Shown here piece after piece: positions 8,793-15,458 of a DNA stretch of 64,000 bases. The notes under the pieces are model-generated. The model saw nothing but the letters and a program-made list of their open reading frames with translations, was not told where the DNA came from and did not search any database. The translations under genes were made by a program, and so were the position numbers. Origin of the DNA: a virus (lineage: Duplodnaviria; Caudoviricetes); the IMG/VR virus record IMGVR_UViG_3300029288_000163, positions 6,787-70,786 of that record. The stretch is one strand, 5' to 3'. How positions within the stretch are numbered: position 1 is the first letter of the stretch; each line of letters opens with the position of its first letter.

Positions 8793-9277
8793 AATGACGG
8801 AAGAGGAGCAAAACCGGAATGTACTTCAATATGACACCGACAACAAAGAAGGACGCATTTATCTAGTTCTGCTTTTACTTTTTCCCAAGATCTTGTATAT
8901 CCTTTATGTGATATGTTAAAATCTTTTGTACTAGGATCTAAATGATGCGTTGCAAGTGCCTGTATGCATTCACTATACCCACACATAATGCATTTTCCAC
9001 CTAAATACTGCACCGCCTTTTCTTTTAGTTGCTTGCGCCTCCTATCCACATAATAATTATTCTTGCATTTTTTGGAACAAAATTTAAGACCATTTACTGT
9101 ATTAGTACACAAATGCCAGGCACATTTACCAGAATAGTTCCTACCTCTGCCTTTTGTACGCAGGCCAAATTTTTTCATCCACCAACGTACATTAGTTTGA
9201 GAAGTTTCCAACCTGGAACTTATCTCACGTTGGCTACACCCCTCTTCTACTAATTCTTTTAATATTTTTTCTTCCAT
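8783..9277 (-). CDS. HNH homing endonuclease with N-terminal HTH, inside the tRNA cluster
   Basis: GGKCIMCGY ... HHLDP ... KCVLLCCRCHIEVH. Confidence 0.85.
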   Translation of the reverse strand: MEEKILKELVEEGCSQREISSRLETSQTNVRWWMKKFGLRTKGRGRNYSGKCAWHLCTNTVNGLKFCSKKCKNNYYVDRRRKQLKEKAVQYLGGKCIMCGYSECIQALATHHLDPSTKDFNISHKGYTRSWEKVKAELDKCVLLCCRCHIEVHSGFAPLPSLPI

Positions 9278-9283
9278 GCATTA

Positions 9284-9306
9284 AGAATAGCACACAAAGT
9301 TTAGGG
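9284..9306 (-). promoter_or_regulatory. Candidate phage-specific promoter (leaderless)
   Basis: CCCTA-N12-TATTCT, 6 nt before the ATG. Confidence 0.5.
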
Positions 9307-9328
9307 GAATTAAAGCTGACTGAGCTAG

Positions 9329-9400
9329 AAGCGCGGGGACGAGGCGAACGTTCGCTAACCAGATCCAAATTCTGGTGTTTTACCACTAGACTACCGCGCC
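9329..9400 (-). tRNA. tRNA-Gln(TTG), somewhat atypical
   Basis: GGCGCGG/CCGCGCT acceptor stem; CCAGA-ATTTGGA-TCTGG anticodon arm; T-stem mismatch and T loop TTCGCCT. Confidence 0.7.
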
Positions 9401-9474
9401 AAAAGAAAAAATAACCAGACTTGCAGCGTCACTGGTCGATGGACTTTATCCATCCTTAGAAAAGCTCTAGAAAA

Positions 9475-9585
9475 CTTTTCCTGTCTTCGGTGCTCCCCGC
9501 GCCAATAATGTAAATAGCACCTAAGACTTTGACAACAGTTTTCAGCGGGGGAGGACTAACTGTTGCCTAGCTGTTACGGGAAAAG
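9475..9585 (-). ncRNA. Candidate structured RNA (two hairpins with kissing loops)
   Basis: Closing helix plus two hairpins whose loops carry CCCCGC and GCGGGG; strand inferred from context. Confidence 0.5.
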
Positions 9586-9623
9586 ACAATGCCAAGGAGC
9601 CTAGTCTCTTGGCAAAGTCTCCG

Positions 9624-9754
9624 TCTGGGGCCAAGGAATTGCACCTTGGACTTGGGGGCCTTCAGTAGACACAAACAGCCCCTCACGATTCACTTACAGC
9701 GGGTGTCGAATCCCGTGTGCCTTTCCGTTTCCTTTACTTTTTGGATACCCCAGA
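9624..9754 (-). ncRNA. 131-nt tRNA-like RNA with expanded anticodon/variable region
   Basis: TCTGGGG/CCCCAGA acceptor stem, TCC/GGA D-like arm, CAAGG-TGCAATT-CCTTG T arm. Confidence 0.65.
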
Positions 9755-9757
9755 AAA

Positions 9758-9840
9758 GTAACCAGTTTTGTCTTGTCCTCTGGTTACCCAGGACAGGTAA
9801 AATCCCCGTAGGTAATCACTCCACAGGAACCAGACAAAAA
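9758..9840 (-). ncRNA. Candidate pseudoknotted three-way-junction RNA
   Basis: TTTTGTCT/AGACAAAA closes two hairpins; loop GTAACCAG pairs with the 3' CTGGTTAC. Confidence 0.5.
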
Positions 9841-9963
9841 GTTAGGGTAGGGACTTCCAGCGTCACCCCACCAGTGCTAGAGGCTTGATGCCCCGGCCTT
9901 ACGGCTTGTAGCTGTTTCATGTCGCTGCCAGCAACATTTTGTTCAATGATTACAAATACTTCC

Positions 9964-10339
9964 GGTGGAGCCGGTGATATTGAAATCACGTCCGAAAAGT
10001 TCAGACATTCGTATCTACGTGTGTATTGGCAATTCTTACTTGCATTAGTCAGGAAGCCACTAACCTATAACTGTGCAAGGGTTACTCAAAGTTTGACACG
10101 CTGAGTATTCGTGTGTTCTATCCTTGTAATCACGCCCCTTGATTTACTAGGATTCCTCAATCAAGGCACGTTCCCATTAAGCCGCTACTGCCATCGGAGC
10201 GAAAGCAGGCGCAACCATCGTCGGGAATTGGATGACATTGTTTTTGGCAATTGTCAGTGAGGGTCTTTTTAACCCGGTAGCCCACAACCGGGACACGCAA
10301 CAAATCTCGTCAATCTCTCCGTCGAAACCTGACGGCCCC
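9964..10339 (-). ncRNA. ssrA: tmRNA; tag (A)AKNNVIQFPTMVAPAFAPMAVAA* at 10177-10248
   Basis: 5' GGGGCCGTCAGGTTTCGAC; 3' GACGTGATTTCAATATCACCGGCTCCACC; tag ORF ending in AA. Confidence 0.93.
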
Positions 10340-10590
10340 AAGAAACCCCCGTAGATGGATCACATGTGCATCGCTAGAGCGCGTTTCCTTGACGGGCGTT
10401 TCTCGGATACGATGTACAGAAGTGCTACGGGGCAGTCTTCCGGCATAGCGGCAGGCTATGGACGTCCCAGAAGACCATAGTAATAGAGGGAAAGGCCTTA
10501 GCTAGCCAAGCGATTCCCTCTTTTTAGCAAAAACAATTTCGTGTTGCTCTAATCACCGCAAATTTTCAAACATCAACCGGCCACTTTGGG

Positions 10591-10619
10591 AATATAAGGC
10601 CAACAACACCATTTGTCAA
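10591..10619 (-). promoter_or_regulatory. sigma70-like promoter at the head of the RNA island
   Basis: TTGACA-17nt-TATATT. Confidence 0.75.
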
Positions 10620-10788
10620 GGCCTATTTTAAAAATTTAGCGCTGGACCAGTAACAGTCGAAAATCTTTGACGTTTTTGAGACAACACTGAACAATGTCAA
10701 CCTCAAAATGGTCAATTTTCGGGCTTCGCCTCCCGGTTCGCTAGTTAAAAAGATTTTCTGGAAACCATTTCCACAGCGCATAAACTAG

Positions 10789-10817
10789 AGTATAAGGCTA
10801 CGCTTCGCTATTGTCAA
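10789..10817 (-). promoter_or_regulatory. sigma70-like promoter
   Basis: TTGACA-17nt-TATACT. Confidence 0.7.
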
Positions 10818-10965
10818 GGGCATTAAGCTCATCAATTTCATCATCGGTAAGATTATCCCAAAGTTCGTCAAGTTCATCCAAAACAGGATCTACATCAACA
10901 TCTAACGCATCTTCGGGAAATTCCTTGAGTTTATCTAGTAAATCAAGGTACAATTTTTTGGACAT
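10798..10965 (-). CDS. Small, very acidic protein (55 aa)
   Basis: AAGGAGG RBS; MSKKLYLDLLDKLKEFPEDALDVDVDPVLDELDELWDNLTDDEIDELNALDNSEA. Confidence 0.7.
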   Translation of the reverse strand: MSKKLYLDLLDKLKEFPEDALDVDVDPVLDELDELWDNLTDDEIDELNALDNSEA

Positions 10966-11012
10966 GGTAGGAACCTCCTTGCTGTTGGAGGATAATATAC
11001 GAGAGATATTGA

Positions 11013-11276
11013 TTATTCTTTATACAATTCCTCAATCTTTGCCCACACCGCTGGACCCCCATGAGTCTCTTCTTTGGCATGTGCAAAAGCTTCTTCCAAG
11101 GACTCGCCCATTTCCAAGTGCATATCAATATTATCTTTTGTACTTTCCACTAAAATATTAATCATATCCTCGTTATTCATTCTATCTGGAGTATTCTTTT
11201 TTCCAGGAGTAGGATTTCCTCGAAAGAATTGTGCTAATTTCTCAAAACCTTCATCGCTAATTCCTTTTTTCCACAT
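11013..11276 (-). CDS. Small protein with shared MWKKG leader
   Basis: MWKKGISDEGFEKLAQ. Confidence 0.65.
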   Translation of the reverse strand: MWKKGISDEGFEKLAQFFRGNPTPGKKNTPDRMNNEDMINILVESTKDNIDMHLEMGESLEEAFAHAKEETHGGPAVWAKIEELYKE

Positions 11277-11287
11277 TTGATTCTTCC

Positions 11288-11662
11288 TTAATCTGAAAGT
11301 AGGGAGCCTGCAACTTCATCCCACTTTACTTCATCTAGTGCGGAATTAAGCAATGTTCCAAAAGGTTCTGGCACATTAGCCTCTTCTGCCATCTCACGAA
11401 ACTGGGATTCAATTTCGTCAGCAATTGCAAAAGACAAATTAACTTCTTCCCCTGTATTTTCAGTCTCCTGTTTAATCTCCTCTGCCCTCTCTCGCCAATA
11501 TGTATAGCTACCTTCATCGTTTTCCAGGGTCACAGCAATAGTAAAGGTTTCGTAATTCTTGTAACCTTGATATGTGCCCTCTTGTGCTACCTTAGTTGCT
11601 TCCCCACGCAACGAAGCTAATTTCTCAAATGCCTCTTCCCCAAGTCCCTTCTTAAAATTCAT
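11288..11662 (-). CDS. Acidic protein with shared leader and a Y.GYKNYET domain
   Basis: MNFKKGLGEEAFEKLAS ... KVAQEG. Confidence 0.65.
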   Translation of the reverse strand: MNFKKGLGEEAFEKLASLRGEATKVAQEGTYQGYKNYETFTIAVTLENDEGSYTYWRERAEEIKQETENTGEEVNLSFAIADEIESQFREMAEEANVPEPFGTLLNSALDEVKWDEVAGSLLSD

Positions 11663-12495
11663 TATAGTATCCCCTTTTCTCGTGCTTCACTTAGCACTTT
11701 GTTTGCTAATTCCCTTGGAAATTCCTCACCCAATGTCAAGATAATATCGACGACTTCATAATCACTTTCAACCAATGACTTCAACCTTGCCATACATTCG
11801 CCAAACCCACCTTCACCAACCATCAAACCAGATTCGTCATCCTTGCCGCTGGAAAAGGTTTGTGGCTCATGGAAAGAGTTTATATCACCCATTTGCGCTT
11901 TTTTAAAGGCGGGCAATATTTCTGCAACCTTTGGTACATTTTTGCTAACATCTGTTCCTTCCGGCATTGACACATTCATTAGTATTAAGTCAACCATATC
12001 TTCCGCAGCTTCCATAAGAGATTTTGCATCTTTGTTGTCAATGGCAAATTTCATCGCATTTAGAATATCATCAAAATCGTTCCAATTTATTGACAATTCT
12101 TCCTGTGCTCTTTTAGATGCTTGGGGAGACATTGTATAAGCGGAAGCTAGATCATTATCCTCAACTTGCTTAATACCCTTGGGAACTTGCTGACCTTGCT
12201 GATCCGCTGGCATAATCTGCTTTTTGCCATCTTGGGTAGGTTCAAGCACGGTATAAGCAATTCCCGCTAGATCATAGATTGTCTGCCCCTGTGCCAATGA
12301 ATCTGTATCAACACCCGGATTAGTTTGCTCAGGATCTGCCCCGTTCTCGTCTTGAGGATTTTCTTGCCCACCATTCTCTTGTGGGGGATTCTGTTGAGCA
12401 TAGTGTCTAGCAAGATCTTCGAATATTTCTGTATTCTTCATAGGGTTTTTCACCTTGGCAGTTTTCCTACTAGATCTTTTTGAGAACAGTTCCAT
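11662..12495 (-). CDS. Modular acidic protein, putative virion-internal
   Basis: KRAQ/KKAQ junctions. Confidence 0.6.
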   Translation of the reverse strand: MELFSKRSSRKTAKVKNPMKNTEIFEDLARHYAQQNPPQENGGQENPQDENGADPEQTNPGVDTDSLAQGQTIYDLAGIAYTVLEPTQDGKKQIMPADQQGQQVPKGIKQVEDNDLASAYTMSPQASKRAQEELSINWNDFDDILNAMKFAIDNKDAKSLMEAAEDMVDLILMNVSMPEGTDVSKNVPKVAEILPAFKKAQMGDINSFHEPQTFSSGKDDESGLMVGEGGFGECMARLKSLVESDYEVVDIILTLGEEFPRELANKVLSEAREKGIL

Positions 12496-12537
12496 TGAGA
12501 TAGATTAACACGCCTTTTGTCGAGCCCCTAAACTAAA

Positions 12538-13269
12538 TCAACCACAAATGTCTTTCATCGTTTTTGCTATTGCTTTACTATAATTTGCTCTTACTGTCCA
12601 AGGCCAGTAAAACCAAGGCTCTTTTGTTTTGAAGAAGTAAAATCTAGAAAGCATCCCATGAATCCCAACTTCAGCGCTACCAGCAACGGTTAGCAATTCT
12701 TCTGGCAATGGAATTCTACAAGGCATGTTGTGGCCCCGGATACATTTCAATGCTCCACCATTATCAATAATCCTTGCGTAATTTGGGTAAACATCCTGGT
12801 AAATTCCTACATCAGCCATGTACTTTCTATTAATCCACTTTTCATTCTTGAGGATTTTCAGGATGTCTTCTTGGTTCAATTCCCGCCACTTTTTGTCTTC
12901 CGGATATAGCCCAAGTTTCTTAGCATTGTTCCTGGTACGTGGGCCAATGCTACAACGATTACCACGGCTTTCGTTATAAGCTGTTGCAATAACGCCACAA
13001 GGGTCAACACGTAATTTGTGTCTCCTCATGGCTTTCATGGTTTCTGTTGCTATTTCCTTGCTCCGGGAATACCAATCTTTTTCTGGAGTTTGAACACCGC
13101 AATCATACCAAATATTTGGCGATTCCTTTTTAATGGTCTTGGTAAACCCGTGTGCTAATTTCGTTACCCATTCTTCCATCCTTGGGCTTAATGGTGCGTT
13201 ATCGTTTTGATAACCAGCACCCATAGTAAAAAATCCTAGTAGTAAAACACTTAGTATTCGGACCTTCAT
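12538..13269 (-). CDS. Exported lysozyme/lytic transglycosylase-like protein
   Basis: Signal-like N-terminus; AYNESRG ... DVGIYQ resembles the SLT ES and GxxQ motifs. Confidence 0.5.
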   Translation of the reverse strand: MKVRILSVLLLGFFTMGAGYQNDNAPLSPRMEEWVTKLAHGFTKTIKKESPNIWYDCGVQTPEKDWYSRSKEIATETMKAMRRHKLRVDPCGVIATAYNESRGNRCSIGPRTRNNAKKLGLYPEDKKWRELNQEDILKILKNEKWINRKYMADVGIYQDVYPNYARIIDNGGALKCIRGHNMPCRIPLPEELLTVAGSAEVGIHGMLSRFYFFKTKEPWFYWPWTVRANYSKAIAKTMKDICG

Positions 13270-13318
13270 TGTTTCGTACTCCAATCTAATAACCACTATT
13301 CCTAAGAATAGGGTTATC

Positions 13319-13346
13319 AATATAGTAATGAATTTCGCATTGTCAA
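13319..13346 (-). promoter_or_regulatory. sigma70-like promoter
   Basis: TTGACA-16nt-TATATT. Confidence 0.65.
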
Positions 13347-13362
13347 GTGGGTGGGAATTTGC

Positions 13363-13647
13363 CTAGTTGTGCTTAGAAAGGCAAATTGTTTCAAAACGAC
13401 CATAAGGGCATTTCAAAATTACTTCGGTTCCACAAGCTTTTTCTGATACTTTGAGAACATTGCAACCAGGATTCTTGGCTTTGGCATAATCGACCATAGT
13501 ATTAGCACAGCCGACAATACTGACGACTGACCAAGCAAGAAAAACAAAAGCGATGAGTACCAAAATTACCGTCATTACATTGAACCACTTTGGAGGAACA
13601 TCCCCAAAATATATTTTTGCCTTCTTCTTTTTTGGAAACTTAATCAC
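13363..13647 (-). CDS. Small membrane protein
   Basis: TM helix followed by a Cys-rich tail. Confidence 0.55.
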   Translation of the reverse strand: MIKFPKKKKAKIYFGDVPPKWFNVMTVILVLIAFVFLAWSVVSIVGCANTMVDYAKAKNPGCNVLKVSEKACGTEVILKCPYGRFETICLSKHN

Positions 13648-15458
13648 TTTAGGTACTCAGTTGGAATGCAATAAGTACTGCCCTCTTCACAAGTTACCAT
13701 AAAAGCATCCCCGTGGCCGTCATACAAGTTCTTAATAAAGCCTTTGGTACCCTTGGGAAGCTCCGTCGTACCCCCGCCCCAAATTGGCATTTCGAAAGCT
13801 TTAGAGAGTGTTACCTTATCCCCAATAGCAAAGGGAAAATCCTTCAGCGGTACTTCTGCCGGGTCAATACCTTCGTGGATCTGGCCAAGCTCAACTACTT
13901 CGTATTCCCCATCATTTTCTTCTTTTTCTTTCTCAGCACGTTTCCCTATTTTTGTTAATTCATTGGAGGGACGCGCAATTCTGTCTTCTTTATTACCTTC
14001 GAACTTATCAAAATCAATACTCGCCATAGGAATAGAATAACTGGAAGAATCCACATCAACAACAGTACCATCACCAAACCTGGGGTGATTTACTCTATCC
14101 CCTGATTTTAGAGATTCCTGAGCCCGTTTCCCATAACTTACCAAATCTGAAGCATCCTTATCCGATAGACCATAAACTGCTTTAATGGTGTTCTTAATGG
14201 TTGCCGGGTCGCTCTTACGCATTGATTTAACCATTGCCAAAGCATCCTGCAATACGTCATCCATTGGCCGGTCAGGTTCGTCCATATATGCGGAGTCTTG
14301 AGCAAATTTACTAGCAACAACTTCTTTACCTTGATTGGTAGCATCCCCTTTATGCTTTTCAACCCAAGCCTCGCCCTTGGAAGTAACCACCAACTTATCA
14401 TCAATTTCTTCCACTAAGCCAAATTGCTTAAGTGCATGTAATGTGGACCATTTGCCACCATGAAAATCTCCAGTTAATGCTAGCAAGGCCTCTGCTTGAG
14501 ACTTTGATAGTTTTACATCAGCAATACTGGAACCACCTTCACCCTCTTGAGCCCTCTTATTAGCAAACAATGCTGGAGGCATTTCGCTCTGTTCTTCAAA
14601 CATGGGATCTAGTGTTACGCCTTCCATTAGCGACATTACATCAGCGGCCATATTCGAATCAATGCCAATTCCACTGTCATCAATTACAGAATCGGAAACC
14701 TCTTGCTGAAGTGCTGTTACATACAATTCATCCATTGCTTGCCGAATATCATCAAGTGCTCGCCAGGTGTTGGTGGAATCTGTGTACAAAGCTTCCAATT
14801 GCTTCTTTACGTCCAAGTATTCCTTCATCTTTGCTAATGCTTGATCCTCGAATTTTGTGCCACGGAAACCATCAAGGAATTCTTCAAGCAGCGTTCCACA
14901 AGCTTCTTTGTCAGATCGATATGCCTTGATTACGATAATTGTTTCGTTGGGTTTGGCACATTTCATACGGGACAAGTTGAGCATGTTCAATTCGTACTCA
15001 AGATTGGCAAGCTTCTCCTCTGCCATTCTTCGTGCCTGTGCTTGATCCTGATTACCGCAGGATTGGTCACGGGAGGCAGCGAAATATTGTTCAAGCAAGG
15101 ATTCAGCCTGATCCTTGAATGCTGTTGCTTTCAATGTACAATACCAATCGGCATAATCCATCGAACTCCAATAAGCTGTTTTCTTAGTTGCCATTTTACC
15201 CACTCCTGCACCCTGGCCTAAAGAACCCCTGGAAGCCTCAAATTCATCAACGGCTGCTTGCGCGGCTTCATCAATTAATGCACTCGAATTATCGTCAATT
15301 TCTTCATCGGTTTCGAATTGTGACAAATCTATTGGAATATCAGTTGTATAAACGTGTGCGCCCTCTTCAAATAAGGAAACGTCAAAGTGCCCCTCTTCTG
15401 TTGGGGCTACCAAACAGTCGAAACCACGAAAAAGGATTTGGTAAGCTGTTTCGGTCAT
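13644..15458 (-). CDS. Large modular acidic protein (SH3-like modules), putative virion-internal
   Basis: 604 aa; KxA junctions; GDRVNHPRFGDGTV module. Confidence 0.6.
   Translation of the reverse strand: MTETAYQILFRGFDCLVAPTEEGHFDVSLFEEGAHVYTTDIPIDLSQFETDEEIDDNSSALIDEAAQAAVDEFEASRGSLGQGAGVGKMATKKTAYWSSMDYADWYCTLKATAFKDQAESLLEQYFAASRDQSCGNQDQAQARRMAEEKLANLEYELNMLNLSRMKCAKPNETIIVIKAYRSDKEACGTLLEEFLDGFRGTKFEDQALAKMKEYLDVKKQLEALYTDSTNTWRALDDIRQAMDELYVTALQQEVSDSVIDDSGIGIDSNMAADVMSLMEGVTLDPMFEEQSEMPPALFANKRAQEGEGGSSIADVKLSKSQAEALLALTGDFHGGKWSTLHALKQFGLVEEIDDKLVVTSKGEAWVEKHKGDATNQGKEVVASKFAQDSAYMDEPDRPMDDVLQDALAMVKSMRKSDPATIKNTIKAVYGLSDKDASDLVSYGKRAQESLKSGDRVNHPRFGDGTVVDVDSSSYSIPMASIDFDKFEGNKEDRIARPSNELTKIGKRAEKEKEENDGEYEVVELGQIHEGIDPAEVPLKDFPFAIGDKVTLSKAFEMPIWGGGTTELPKGTKGFIKNLYDGHGDAFMVTCEEGSTYCIPTEYLK

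Noticed and set aside
9624-9754. tRNA-Sec identity for the tRNA-like RNA (possible 8/5 fold)
   Set aside because: There is no UCA anticodon loop and no long D-stem.
9589-10104. + strand ORFs of 99 and 61 aa in the RNA island
   Set aside because: They are antisense to tmRNA and the structured RNAs and have no protein features.
10347-10432. SRP (4.5S) or 6S RNA
   Set aside because: It lacks the SRP domain IV consensus and is too short for 6S. Kept only as an unknown structure.
10623-10781. 52-codon leaderless ORF after the promoter at 10789
   Set aside because: No RBS, motif or compositional support; it cannot be distinguished from chance.
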